A stretch of DNA of 64,000 bases from contig JAANOX010000059.1 in assembly GCA_020184695.1 (NCBI GenBank), positions 1 through 64,000 of the forward strand, written 5' to 3'. The position numbers and the translations under genes are program-made. The stretch's first letter is position 1, and each line of letters starts with the position of its first letter. Shown here one piece after another: positions 1-11,970 of the stretch. A model generated the notes under the pieces. It ran no database searches and was not told the DNA's origin. It was given only the letters and a program-made list of their open reading frames with translations. The stretch comes from Histomonas meleagridis 2922-C6/04-290x (lineage: Eukaryota > Protista > Parabasalia).

Positions 1-602
1 ACATGTTCATGATCTTTTTTAGCATAAATCTCATCATGATTATGATCATTTAAAGATATTTTAGTTGTATCTACATTATTTATAGATGCACATTGAATAT
101 TGCCATTACTACCAAAACTTAATAATGAACCAGTTTTTGATTTAAAATCTAATGGATTAGTATTAGCAGTTATTCTCCATGTATTATCTTTATCATAATC
201 TGCATTATTATGCATATCAATATATTGACCAACTTCTACAACACCATCTTCTTTTAATGTAATAATAGCTGGAACATATAATTTTGTATCCCATTTACCA
301 CCTTCTGCTGTTGACAATTGAAAACCATTTAATGAAGTAACTTGTACATTTCCATTTACTGTTAAATCATTATTTATTGTATTATGTGTATGACTTTTTG
401 TAGAATATTTTTCATCTGATTGCGATTTATTATAATATAATTGTGGGATTGTGATCGAAGTTATAGTATTAAGTTTTTCTGTTATTTGATCATTTGTAGA
501 ATAATTTTCTAAAACTTTTTGTAAGTCATCTTGGTCAATAATTTCAGGAGCAGCAATAACATTAGTTTTTATACCTTTCGTAGCATTCTCAATACTAAAC
601 AT
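1..602 (-). CDS. Virus/phage fibre-like protein, 3' partial (runs off the window start; not in the ORF track)
   Basis: Manual translation from ATG at 602 is open for 200 codons to the window edge (MFSIENATKG...SHTHN...DGVVEVGQYIDMHNNADY...DHNHDEIYAKKDHEH). HxH repeats and a DGVxEVGxYIDxH motif resemble phage tail-fibre segments. Confidence 0.6.
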   Translation of the reverse strand, partial: MFSIENATKGIKTNVIAAPEIIDQDDLQKVLENYSTNDQITEKLNTITSITIPQLYYNKSQSDEKYSTKSHTHNTINNDLTVNGNVQVTSLNGFQLSTAEGGKWDTKLYVPAIITLKEDGVVEVGQYIDMHNNADYDKDNTWRITANTNPLDFKSKTGSLLSFGSNGNIQCASINNVDTTKISLNDHNHDEIYAKKDHEH

Positions 603-897
603 TGATAAAAATGATGTTTATTTGATAAATTAATAATAATTCTAACATAAAATATTCTGGATCAATTTCTTTACCATTCATTTCTTTAAACCATATTTTA
701 AAATTTGGTTTTCTACTTTTATATTCATATTTCTTATATTTAGTCCTGTTTTCATTTGTATAAATACAAAAATAATCTTCATAATGGTCACGTTCAATAA
801 AATCAGCATGCATTGAAACATCAGATACTAAATAATCCTTAAATTTACACTTACATTGCTGTACTACAATATATCTAGGATTTTTGAGAATCGACAA
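595..897 (-). CDS. Small Maverick/Polinton-like protein, possibly minor-capsid-like
   Basis: 100-aa ORF with a TTG start in the track, overlapping the fibre-like ORF by 8 nt. The C-terminus FKIWFKEMNGKEIDPEYFMLELLLIY resembles the end of polinton minor capsid jelly-roll proteins (recognition by eye). Confidence 0.4.
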   Translation of the reverse strand: MSILKNPRYIVVQQCKCKFKDYLVSDVSMHADFIERDHYEDYFCIYTNENRTKYKKYEYKSRKPNFKIWFKEMNGKEIDPEYFMLELLLIYQINIIFINV

Positions 898-1259
898 ATT
901 CAGGCGGAAAAACGGTTTTTCTTTTATGTGAAGTACAAAAATACGTTTTAGTCACAGGTTTAAGCATTTATAAAAATAAAGTTTGCCATGCGACCAAACA
1001 ATATAACCGTCGCTTTTTGACTACAAACCTCTGACCAAAGATAAATTGAATAGGATAAATGTCCGGCCAAACATAACCGGGGACATTTTGCGCTGGTTAT
1101 ACGATTTTTGATAGGTTTATGCGAAAAGTGTCATAAAAGTGCTATCGTCCCTATGAAAAAGTTTCGCGTTCTCTCAAAATTGAATGCTCATTCAAATTTT
1201 CTATCGAATTGTATGACTCACAAAAATCATTTTGATTTTTGTTGCGAGCGGAGCGAGCA

Positions 1260-1346
1260 CACTGGGGGGATTGAAGGGGTCTGAGACCTCCGGAGGGGTT
1301 TGAAGGGCACCTCCGGGGGTCGAAGACCCCTTCAATCCCCCCAGTG
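1260..1346. repeat. GC-rich inverted repeat, hairpin 1
   Basis: Perfect 23-bp arms CACTGGGGGGATTGAAGGGGTCT / AGACCCCTTCAATCCCCCCAGTG, plus an inner 12-bp arm pair with one mismatch. Confidence 0.95.
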
Positions 1347-1357
1347 AAAAGTAAAAA

Positions 1358-1430
1358 TCGGGAATGATCACGAGGACCCTAGGGGCCCCGCCCCCGGCGG
1401 GGCCCCTAGGGTCCTCGGGATCAGTCCCGA
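1358..1430. repeat. GC-rich inverted repeat, hairpin 2
   Basis: Perfect 22-bp arms CGAGGACCCTAGGGGCCCCGCC / GGCGGGGCCCCTAGGGTCCTCG with a CCC loop, extended by TCGGGA-TGATC with two mismatches. Confidence 0.95.
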
Positions 1431-2039
1431 CCGCATTATATACCTACCTTAAAATCATGAACTCATTTCCAGACATGCCTTCTCAAGAATTGAAATAATG
1501 ATACATAAATCAATATTTTGAGTGTGTATGTTTAAGGGAAGTTTTAGATGAAAATATTCATTTTTAAAATTTTAAATAATTGATCACTTTGTATTTCCAT
1601 CAAGAATTAATTTTAGCAATTTATTTTCATAAATATGACCCACATTAGTTCTAGTAGATTTCAACAAAGTTATATGGAATTTCATAAGAGGGATTTTTTT
1701 ATAATGGAATTAACTCAAAAATAGGCGTTGCAACTTATACACCAAATTAAAATCGAAACCAAAATAAATTAAAAAATATTTATAATTTCCTAACCCTATC
1801 TGTCTTGTTGAATTAACCAATAACCTTCATGAATCAACAGAGTGGACTTCTTAAGATAAGTGTTTATTTCAATACTTTATGTGGATACGATTAAAATATA
1901 CTGATTTTTTTCGTAAATAGAACAGAAATATCTTTTTCAAAAATTAATTTATAAACTCATATATGCTATTAATAGCATTAAAAATATAACTATTAGTATA
2001 TTATGATTTCTTAAAATAATTAGAAATTATAAGAAGAAT

Positions 2040-3140
2040 CGATTATAAAAATTATTTTGAGATATAAAATCGTTAATATTTATTTTAAGCAAAACATACA
2101 AATATCTTTAGCATTAATATCAATTCCTTCTTGTTCAAGAAGTAATTTAACTGTTTCTGTATAACCTTTTTCAGATGCATAGACAAGTGCTGTTTTAAAT
2201 AATTTAAAGAATTTTTAAATATCATTTTGAAACATAAAATTATTAAAATATATTTTAAATAAAACAAATAAATATCTTTTGCATTAATATCAATTCCTTC
2301 TTTTTCAAGAAGTAATTTAACTATTTTTTTATAACCTTTTTGTGATGCAAACACGAGCGCTGTTTAAAATATTATAAATAGTTTCCAAATGTTATTTTGA
2401 AATTTCAACTCATTAAAACATTCCCAAAACATAATAAATAAATATCTTTATCGTTAATATCAATTCCTTTTTGTTCAAGAAGTAATTTAACTATTTCTGT
2501 ATGACCTTTATCAGAAGCACAAATAAGTGCTGTTTTAAATAATTTACAGAATTTCCAAATATCATTTTGAAATATAAAATTATTAAAATAAATAATAAAT
2601 AAAACAAATAAATGTTTTTGGCATTAATATCAATTCCTTCTTGTTCAAGAAGTAATTTAACGATTTCTGTATGACCTTTATCAGAAGCACAAATAAGTGC
2701 AGTTTCAAATAATTTAAATAATTTCCAAATATTATTTTAAAATTTTAACTCATTAAAATATTCCCAAAATATAATAAATAAATATCTTTATCGTTAATAT
2801 AAATTCCTTTTTGCTCAAGAAGTAATTTAACTATTTCTATATGACCTTTATCAGACGCACAAATAAGTGCAGTTTCAAATAATTTAAATAATTTTTAAAT
2901 ATTATTTTGAAATTTTAACTCATTAAAATATTCCCAAAATATAATAAATAAATATCTTTAGCATTAATATCAATTCCTTTTTGCTCAAGAAGTAATTTAA
3001 CTATTTCTAATAGACCATTTGAAGATGCATAAATAAGTGCTGTTTCAAATAATTTAAATAATTTTTAAATATTATTTTGAAATTTCAAATTATTAAAATA
3101 AATATTAAATAAAACAAATAATTATTTTTAGCATTAATAT
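2040..3140 (-). repeat. 170-nt period ankyrin array 1 (six TAL units)
   Basis: Thr codons of the TAL motif at 2191, 2361, 2531, 2701, 2871 and 3041, exactly 170 nt apart. Confidence 0.95.
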
Positions 3141-4259
3141 CAATTCCTTTTTGCTTCAAAACATATTTAACAAGTTCAATATTTCCTGATTGTGATGAAT
3201 AAACTAAAATATCATTAGGTATTTGATTATTTATAAGAAAATTTTAACAAGATACAAATTACCAATTTCTGCTGCTTCATTAATGATTGATCTATTAATT
3301 TTCATCCCCTCATCTTGTAAAAAAGTAAAAATTTCATAATTAAAATGTAAAATACATTTTACACCTAATTCTTCCAAAAAATATCTTTCCCGAGTATTCG
3401 TTTGTATAAAATTTTCATAAAGATATTTAAAGATATCATTTCTGTGAAACATAATTGCTGTTTCATATGCATCTTTTAAAGGAGAATGATTTTGTCCACA
3501 TAAATGAATTATCTCTAAGTTTCCACTTGCAACTGCATATTTATATGTGTTTCTTACATTTGCACCATTCATAAGTAAATATTTAAAACATTTAATTGAT
3601 CCAAAAAATGCTGCATAATCAATTAATGAAATATTTTCTTTAAAAATAAATGAACAACTTTCATAAGGCGATCTTTTAATTTTTTGATTAAAATCAAAAT
3701 CATTTTGTGATGATATTTCTTGAAGTTTTTCTATTTCATCATTTCGAATTATTTTCGCAATTTCATTTGGGTTAACTCCTTCTTCAATTAATTGCTTATG
3801 AAGTTCCCTTGGGATTGAAATTTCTTCTGAAAAATAAACAAAATTTGGAATAAACATTTTTTTTAAAAATTTTTGATCCACTAAATTACGTTCAATCATA
3901 ATTTCAAGAAGATAATATGATTCGAATCGGCGCTGTTGAATCAGAAAATCTGTGAATACATCAAATATTTTTAATTTGCATGTGCCTTTTTTGTTTTCTT
4001 CCAATTTTTCAATTTCTTTTAAAAAAATAAAATATGTTTCAAAATAATCATTTCTTCTTGATACAAATAATACATATATTATTTTGCTGACCATCATATC
4101 GAATGATAATGAATAATTCTCATAAAATTTGAATATCGAATTTGCTGATTGAATAATATTTCCTTTGTTTAAATTAAATATAATACTCTTTATTGATCTT
4201 ATTACTTCCCACTCATTTTGATATTTATTAGAATTCCCAATTTTTTTCATTTTTCTCAT
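2040..4259 (-). pseudogene. DUF3447/ankyrin-repeat gene with interrupted ankyrin array; frameshift near 3240
   Basis: ORF 3231-4295 (first ATG 4259) has the family motifs IIRNDEIEKLQ, LIDYAAFFGSIKCFKYL and YAVASGNLEII. Coding continues in a shifted frame (NNQIPNDILVYSSQSGNIELVKY) into the ankyrin array. The 1-nt shift lies in a T-run and could be an assembly error. Confidence 0.7.
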
Positions 4260-4558
4260 GATGTGTTCACAAGACAAAAATTGTATAATTGACAATTATA
4301 TTCAATTTTGAATTAATAACGATTATTTTTCTTTCCCAACATAAATGTATCAAAGCTAATTGTTGCATATATTTATAAAATATTTCTAGTAGCATATATC
4401 ACTTGATATATAATTGTATGAATTTGCAAATTCATCTAATTGAATTCTAAATAATTATGTTGCAACATAATATATAATTATATTTTTATATTTATTAAAA
4501 AAAAAAAAAAATTCTGAAAAATTTCCAGCCAACATGCATAAAAAATACTTTGCTTGTT

Positions 4559-5265
4559 ATATTTTATTCATATTTTTAAAATGAATTTTATCATAGAATG
4601 AGAAATAAAATTTATTTATTTTCATAATCCAATTCCAACGGTTTTCACCAATTTCACAGCATTTGTTAAAATATTGACTGCGTGGGAAATCATTTTTTGC
4701 CATTTTACAAAATTTTAAAACTTGTGTTTGATAACTTTACATTAAACAAAAAGTTTTTTCAAAAAACCGCTGGTCGTTCATTTTTCCAGCTGAAACTCTT
4801 CCTCGAGAATGACATTGGGAACGGTGCGAGATGTTCCCGTGCGTGAGTTCATTCAAGCTCTTGCATCTTTTTTAAAAGCATCCGGTCAATTTTCAAGTCC
4901 TTTTGATAAGGCAATTCTTTTACCAGAACAAAAAGAATTAATTCAAAGTTGGTGGTTTAAACAAGCAGCTACAATTGTTCATCAATTTTATCTTCATCCT
5001 AGTTTTGAAAGTTGTCTTCGCGTTGAAAAGTCAAGAAATAAAAATTCCACAGAAATAGAGAAAAGTCTTGCGCGGAATGCAAGATTTCAATGTATTCGTA
5101 AGTTTAAACAAATTGGATGGCTGATTAAAGATCAATCAGGAATTCTTTTTGTTTCGAATAATGCCAAGGCAACTATGGATTCTATTGCAGCATCTCTTTT
5201 AGCTCAATCAGAACCTAGAGAACAAAATTAGATCATTAAAAGTTTGATATTGAAAAAAATCATTT
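4559..5265 (+). repeat. 707-bp duplication, copy 1 (copy 2 at 29548-30254)
   Basis: Direct comparison at offset 24989 shows near identity; I saw three substitutions. Confidence 0.95.
4809..5231 (+). CDS. Divergent ribosomal protein S19e-like protein, copy 1
   Basis: 140 aa. The N-terminus TVRDVPVREFIQALASFLKASGQF and the later WW and LKQIGW-like segments resemble eS19; the rest is strongly diverged. Confidence 0.55.
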   Translation: MTLGTVRDVPVREFIQALASFLKASGQFSSPFDKAILLPEQKELIQSWWFKQAATIVHQFYLHPSFESCLRVEKSRNKNSTEIEKSLARNARFQCIRKFKQIGWLIKDQSGILFVSNNAKATMDSIAASLLAQSEPREQN

Positions 5266-5707
5266 GAATTTTAGATATAACGAAATTATTTTAAACTTAA
5301 AAAAAAACTTTAACAGCTTTAACAAATAGTTGTGTATTTAAAGTAGGGCATGCTTTCGTATATATCTTAATTATGTTTTTAATACTTGAATCTAAAAGTA
5401 CTTTATTTGGCTTACATAAAAATCAGTTTGATTATATGAAATTAATTAGGATCGTTATGACTTTTGACTGTGCATGCTTTATAAATATGTTCAAAATAAT
5501 GATTTTTGATTGTGAATGAAGCAACTTATTTTACGTTCAATTTCAATTCAATCCGAAACTTTTTCAGAGACGTTTGTTCAGCAAGGTTTTTTCACTTTTC
5601 CTACTCATTTTTGCAAAGTTTTTAAATGCTGATCTTCTTTTTCGAAAATAACACTTTTTCAGAACCAGGTTTTCACCGCAAATGCCGATAGATAACGTTT
5701 TCCATAA

Positions 5708-8700
5708 ATGTCCTTAAATGGAAATGAATTCCAACAATTTGCATTTCCAAATTTAGAAGAGAGAGAAAATCCTGTTGACCTTAAGTTTCCAATTTTTAGT
5801 TTAATTAATCTTAAAATTCATGATCATCATAATAATAATTCCATTTCAAAATATCTAGACAAATATAATGTTAATTCTTTCTCATGTCTTTCCAAAAAAA
5901 TACAATCTACAACAGATTCAAATACAATTACTATGATATCTGATTATTTCATTAAATGTTTACATAAATTTACAAGTTTAGCGACTGAAAAAGATTCTAC
6001 GGAAGGTCTTAAGCATAGTAAATCGTATAACTTTGAACCGAAAGATGAATTATCAGGAATAACAAATTCAGTTGAAGAAACACATAAAAATGCAAAACTG
6101 AAAGATTTTTTAAGATTTGTTCCTCCTGTTTATATTCATTTACCACAAGAAAAATTTAATGATTTTCATAAAGCTTTTTTAAGCCTTTTTCTTGCCCTAT
6201 CTCCATCACCAAATTACAACATCAATCCACCTGACTTCAAACATTATTGTTCCCTTATTGATTGTATCTATGAAATTTTTCGATTAATTAAAATCAAAAA
6301 TCTTTTCAATGAGAACGTTGCAGAATTTGCCAATCTTATCATTACCAAAATTTTCATCATTGAGTCAAACATTGCAGATCGTTCCAAACATGGTGGTTCT
6401 TCAGTTTATAATTATGTCAATTATATTGGCTTTTTATTAAAACCCATTTCAGAGATCATAGCATTAATTCCAGAGAAACACAAGATCATTGTACAACATT
6501 TTTGGTTTTCACTTTGCGTTTTATTTGGAGATGTTTTTACAGCGTTTAAAGAATGGGAAAAAGATCTTATACACATCGCATCGAATACACCACCACTTCC
6601 ACTTATCTCAAATAAAGTCAATTATCAAGAAACCATTTTAACAATTGATCCACTTTGCATTTTAATACATGTAAAACTTGTTCAAAGTTCAGAAAACATT
6701 AATTCAATTTTGAATCAGGCGATACCGACGATTTCATTGAAAACCGTGTCACTTTTGCCCGAAAACGAATGTTTTTTATTGTTTTCAATAGCTATGTTAG
6801 AAAAAGCTCGATGTATTTCAGGGGACTTTTCACAGTTTTTATTACATTTTGATACATTTTATAATTCTACATATTTAACATGTTTAAGTGCAATGGTACA
6901 ACCATTTTTTGAGTTATATTTAAATTCATTAAATAATTTTCCAATGGCGAAAAGACAAAAATCAGTTTGGGAATTTACACTTAAATTATTTGATAATTAT
7001 AATGGATTAAATCCAATTTACATAAAAGAAATTGATAATTGTTTATCTCCATTTTTTAGGAATAACTTTTGTTCATTATTTTCATCCGAAACTATTAAAT
7101 CATTTATCGAAAATTATTTAAATGTTAAACATATTTCACCTGCACGTGTTATACCATTTCGTGAACTCCTTAAAAAACAAATTAGTCGTTCATTTGATGT
7201 CGCTCCGAATATATTTTCATCATATTTAAGCGATTATTTTTTAACTAATTTGAGTCAAAAATCAATTTCGAAAATTATGAATTTGTTTCCTGATATTCGA
7301 AAAGATTTTTTTCTGAATTGTTTAATCACGAAATCTTCTTTAATAAAACTTTCGAATAATTTAAGTTTGGAACAAATTCAACAATTTAAAGATTCGAAAG
7401 AACGAATTTTATTATTAACATTAAAAATCATTGAAACGAATAACAAAAATTTATTAAAACAAATTATCGATGAAAATGTCGATACACAAACATTATTAAC
7501 ATGTTGGAGTTATATCAAAACGAAATCAGAACATTTATTTAAAGAATTAAAATGTTTAATTATAATGCAATTCATTTTATCAGCAAAACAACAAAAAGGA
7601 ATTTTCTCGAATAAGTTTTGCTCGAAAGAAATCTTATTCCAAACAGCGATGATCAAATTCTTCATCGAATTATTTGCGTCACAATTATATACAGAAACAG
7701 ATTTATCATTTTTGCCGATACTTTTTAAGGCAGAAATTATAAATTCGACAAAAGCAATTTCAACAATTATATATTTAACTCGATTAATATCGATAATTAT
7801 TCATAACATTTCACTGAAGTATTTCATACACATAAAAATATTTAAATTTTATATAAAACTTTTGTTGAAAATTATTTCATTAAAATCAATTTCAACAATT
7901 TTTTATCATATTAAAAAAGAAGATTTAACACAACTAAAAAAAATTATTAATTTCATTCCAAGTAATTTCAAGAAAATTAATCATTGGAATAAATCTAATC
8001 GAACGTTTCATAAAAACAAATTGAAAAACATTTTAATTAAATTCCAAAATTCGTTTACAAACAATTTAAAAGATAAAATTAAAATCGATTCAAATCAATT
8101 ACAACATTTATCAAATTTGATTTCTTTCGTATTATGTCAAAACTATTCCCTTTATATAACATATATATCACCAAATAAAACACACCCCGAAATCACAGAT
8201 ATGTTAAATAGATTTAATCTTCAATCTGAAATTAATTTAACAAATTTAATTCCAATTTTTTTGAAGTTTTGCCCGGCGGTTATCCCCTCAATTTCGGATA
8301 CTTTACTTAACTCTGAATTGTTAACAAAAAGTTTCATTGAATACCCCTTTGAAATCGCTTTCATCCCTCAGCTGGCGGTTACTATATCAAAAGTGAAAAT
8401 TGAATACTTGTCACTTTTCGAGCTCGTTAAGCCTTCAATAGCAATAGCTTTAATTAATCAAGATTCATTACAGAATAAACTTGTTGCAAATTATTTGATA
8501 CGATGTTTAAGAGGATTTAATGAAGATGAAATTTTACAATATATTCCACAATTACTTCAATCTTTACGATATGATACATATAAATACTTAAAGAAATTTA
8601 TAATCGAATTCGCGAAAAAATCAATGGTGTTCTCACATTATACACTATGGAATTTGTTGTATGAGAAATGTCGAATTAATTCAGAAGATGATAAACTACC

Positions 8701-9817
8701 TCGAATTTTAGTCGAAATGGAATTCAAAATAATACGAGAAATGACAAAAGAACAGAAGAGTCATTACGAAAATGAGTTTGGAATGATTGAAAAATTCGAT
8801 CAATTAAGTCAACGCTTATTAAAATATCCACAAGAAGAACGGAAAAAAGTTCTTGTTCAAGAACTAAAAAGCTTAGAATTACCAAATGACCTTTATATAC
8901 CTTCAAATCCCAAATTTAAAATTGTTTCGATTAATAGTAATAATTCTAAACCATTAAAATCCCATGCTAAAGTCCCCATTTTAGTAAATTTTGAAGTTTA
9001 TAATGAGGACGATGAGCAAAAAAAGCGAATCCCTTTTTCTTGTATCTTCAAAACTCAAGACGACGTTCGAATGGACGCGTTGATCATATCATTGATTGAC
9101 AAGTTTATGAAAATCTTCAGTGAATCTGGAATTGAATGCTTTATGAAACCGTACCGGGTTCTAGCGACTGGAGAACAAAGAGGAGTACTCGAATTCATCA
9201 CAAACTCCAAGTCTAGGCATGAAATTGGAGTTGAGACTGGAGGCGATCTTTTAAGTTATTTCATTAAAAAATATGGTCAGGTTGGTACACCTGAATTTAC
9301 TAAGGCTCAACATAATTTCGTAATAAGTATGGCCCCTTATTCTCTTTTATGTTATATTTTCCAGATAAAAGATAGACACAATGCAAATATTATGATTAAC
9401 GATGAAGGTTATATATTACATATTGATTTCGGATTTATATTTGATATTTCTCCTGGTGGAAACTTGAAGTTTGAGAAAGCACCTTTCAAGCTAACAAGAG
9501 AAATGATCGATTTAATGGGAGGTGATAAGGATAAACCAGTATTTCGTGAATTTATGAAAACTTATACAAAATGTTTCATTGCAGCTAGGTCAAGATATAA
9601 TGAAATAGAAGCTATTTGCTCTTTAATGGTCAATGCAGGTTTTCCTTGTTTCAAAAAAGATTCATTTTTGAAAATGAGACAGCGGTTTTTCCTTGATAAA
9701 ATGGATTCAGACTTGATGGCTAACATTGACTGGACAATAAATGACTCAATGAACTCAATAACAACAACCGGATACGATAAGTTCCAAAAATTACAGAATG
9801 ACATATTTTACATATAG
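5708..9817 (+). CDS. Phosphatidylinositol 4-kinase, type III alpha/STT4-like
   Basis: 1369 aa with a C-terminal PI3/4-kinase domain: IFKTQDDVRMD, QIKDRHNANIM, HIDFGFIF, SPGGNLKFEKAPFKLT. A PIK helical motif (YIPQLLQSLRYD) precedes it. Confidence 0.92.
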   Translation: MSLNGNEFQQFAFPNLEERENPVDLKFPIFSLINLKIHDHHNNNSISKYLDKYNVNSFSCLSKKIQSTTDSNTITMISDYFIKCLHKFTSLATEKDSTEGLKHSKSYNFEPKDELSGITNSVEETHKNAKLKDFLRFVPPVYIHLPQEKFNDFHKAFLSLFLALSPSPNYNINPPDFKHYCSLIDCIYEIFRLIKIKNLFNENVAEFANLIITKIFIIESNIADRSKHGGSSVYNYVNYIGFLLKPISEIIALIPEKHKIIVQHFWFSLCVLFGDVFTAFKEWEKDLIHIASNTPPLPLISNKVNYQETILTIDPLCILIHVKLVQSSENINSILNQAIPTISLKTVSLLPENECFLLFSIAMLEKARCISGDFSQFLLHFDTFYNSTYLTCLSAMVQPFFELYLNSLNNFPMAKRQKSVWEFTLKLFDNYNGLNPIYIKEIDNCLSPFFRNNFCSLFSSETIKSFIENYLNVKHISPARVIPFRELLKKQISRSFDVAPNIFSSYLSDYFLTNLSQKSISKIMNLFPDIRKDFFLNCLITKSSLIKLSNNLSLEQIQQFKDSKERILLLTLKIIETNNKNLLKQIIDENVDTQTLLTCWSYIKTKSEHLFKELKCLIIMQFILSAKQQKGIFSNKFCSKEILFQTAMIKFFIELFASQLYTETDLSFLPILFKAEIINSTKAISTIIYLTRLISIIIHNISLKYFIHIKIFKFYIKLLLKIISLKSISTIFYHIKKEDLTQLKKIINFIPSNFKKINHWNKSNRTFHKNKLKNILIKFQNSFTNNLKDKIKIDSNQLQHLSNLISFVLCQNYSLYITYISPNKTHPEITDMLNRFNLQSEINLTNLIPIFLKFCPAVIPSISDTLLNSELLTKSFIEYPFEIAFIPQLAVTISKVKIEYLSLFELVKPSIAIALINQDSLQNKLVANYLIRCLRGFNEDEILQYIPQLLQSLRYDTYKYLKKFIIEFAKKSMVFSHYTLWNLLYEKCRINSEDDKLPRILVEMEFKIIREMTKEQKSHYENEFGMIEKFDQLSQRLLKYPQEERKKVLVQELKSLELPNDLYIPSNPKFKIVSINSNNSKPLKSHAKVPILVNFEVYNEDDEQKKRIPFSCIFKTQDDVRMDALIISLIDKFMKIFSESGIECFMKPYRVLATGEQRGVLEFITNSKSRHEIGVETGGDLLSYFIKKYGQVGTPEFTKAQHNFVISMAPYSLLCYIFQIKDRHNANIMINDEGYILHIDFGFIFDISPGGNLKFEKAPFKLTREMIDLMGGDKDKPVFREFMKTYTKCFIAARSRYNEIEAICSLMVNAGFPCFKKDSFLKMRQRFFLDKMDSDLMANIDWTINDSMNSITTTGYDKFQKLQNDIFYI

Positions 9818-10601
9818 AATTGGAATTTATAAATAAAAATTTAATAAAGAATTCTTTCAATGAAATTATATATTTCTTATATTTGTTAATTGCATACGTT
9901 CTTTAATGTTTTAAAAAAATTGCTTTTGTATTTAGATTAATCATTAAAATTTTTAAACAGCTTTAATACGATTAGAAAAAGGTTCCACAAACATTACACA
10001 CACATTATGCAATTAATGAATTCATTATCATAATGGTTTCTTCGAAGAAATTCAAACTCAAGAATAAAAACCATAGTCGTTAGGGCACCAGATGACAAGC
10101 CTGTTTCTGTTCCTCTTGTTAATGATAAAATCAATTTTCAAGAAAGTATTTTGAATGAACTAAATCAAATTGCCAAAATATTGAAAAACCCCAAAATGCT
10201 TCAAACTCTAATGATTTTTGCTTAAGTGACTTTGTTGATTTATTTTTTGATCCAAATGATGAACAGACACTATATAACCCTCAAAACTTTGACTTTTGAT
10301 ATTTTAAGTAAAGCATATACTAAGTTTTCTTTATTCCATTGAATAATTAAATATCAAAAACAATTATCTAATTTACAGCTTCATTCATCATCTCGATTAA
10401 CATAAAACTAATATACTGATATGCATTTTTATGAAATATTACTACGAAATATTTCGGATTCGATTAGGATCGACTCATTGTATTTATCTGTTTCCATTCC
10501 TGTGGTGCTCATCAACTTCAAAGGTATTGTGTTATGTCATATGGATATTCGAATGACTGTAATATTGTCTCAATATTTTGATGATTAAACAAAAACTTTC
10601 C

Positions 10602-10657
10602 CAACGATAGAATCAAATGAATGAAAAATCATCGGATTCATATTCAAAAACTGAAGT
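10602..10657 (+). repeat. 56-bp dispersed repeat, copy 1
   Basis: CAACGATAGAATCAAATGAATGAAAAATCATCGGATTCATATTCAAAAACTGAAGT recurs at 17176-17231 with two mismatches. Confidence 0.85.
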
Positions 10658-11970
10658 TAAAGGGGAATGATTTTTAGGAATATTCAAAATATCTAATTTA
10701 TAAAAAATGAATTACTATTAAATAATAAGGATAAAAATTAATAAATAAAAAAAATTCATTATAATAAAAGAAGAATGAAAAAAGAAAAAAAATCAAGAGA
10801 ACAAAGAAAAAAATTAATAAAAATAGGTAATCATATTAGTATATGGAGGAAATATCCGGTTGACATGATATAGGGAAAAAATGTCCAGCGCGGGGATGCT
10901 ATCGATAAATTTATATAATTTAATATATATTAAATATATTAAATACATTAACTGAAATATATTATTTCGAGGAAAGTACTCAATTTTATGTACATATTAT
11001 TGAGATATATTCATTTTACTTTTTTCTGTTAATTTCTATCATTAATTGGTCGGTAAACAGGGGTGGGTTATATAACCGCTCAATGATATAACAAAATTAA
11101 AAATGATAATATCTTTGGATTATACCAATATATTTTATTAATAAAACATAAAATCCAATTTTACCTACTTGAATATATTAATATAATTAGATTTAAAAGA
11201 TATTCACCAAAGAATTTATCCGAAATGATGCAAAATCGAAAAAGAGTTTGTTTTCATCTTATCATTTAATTTTGAGCAAAAATGACAAGGCATTTTAAAG
11301 TAATAGCAAAGTAGATTCTTATCATGCAATGCATTTCATAATAATTTTAACATTGCATAAAAAAATCAAAAAATTCGAAAAAATCACACCTTAATTTGTC
11401 ACTTCATCTTATTTTGAAACAAAAATTTCTTATTCTTAACAATTTCAATAATGCTGATACATATATGTTTATGATAAAATATCACTTGTATGAATATATA
11501 AAAAATAAAATCACGTTGCCACTCGATATATAAAGATTCATTTCAATTAACATCGAAATGATTTTTCCACGTATTTTCACTTTCTACTTTGAAGACCTTG
11601 ATGGGTTCTATTAATTTTCGAAAATTTTAGAAAAAAGAGAAAAATTGATCAGATCGAGATCTCAAAATTTAGAAGTCGAAATTGCCTAAAAATTCATATT
11701 TAAACTCAACACCCGAAGTTCACGTGCACTTAAGAAATGAGTTTTGATTTTCAACGAAAAACTATTGAGGAATTTAGAGTTGAAGTGCCTCTCATTTTGC
11801 CTTGTTTGGCCAAGTAAAATATTGAAATTAATTGGTCAGTTTAGAATTTCTTCTTAACGGTTTCAACGTCCCAAATTTGATATTAAATTTGGGGAAATTT
11901 TATACAAAATTAGAATAGTTTACAGCAACCGAATACCAAAGTTTAATTGGTTTATAACACTTCACATTTA

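Larger units (their letters stand above)
1..1449. mobile_element. End of a virus-like (Maverick/Polinton-like) insertion
   Basis: Compact overlapping virus-like ORFs followed by a GC-rich hairpin region. The tentative terminus ...ACCTACCT at 1449 is an inference; the other end lies outside the window. Confidence 0.4.

Noticed and set aside
1358-1449. Helitron 3' end
   Set aside because: The hairpin is much longer than typical, no CTRR terminus follows, and no Rep-helicase was seen.
10020-10600. Coding-like fragments between PI4K and the cystatin gene
   Set aside because: Short frames broken by stops with no recognisable motif; cannot support a call.
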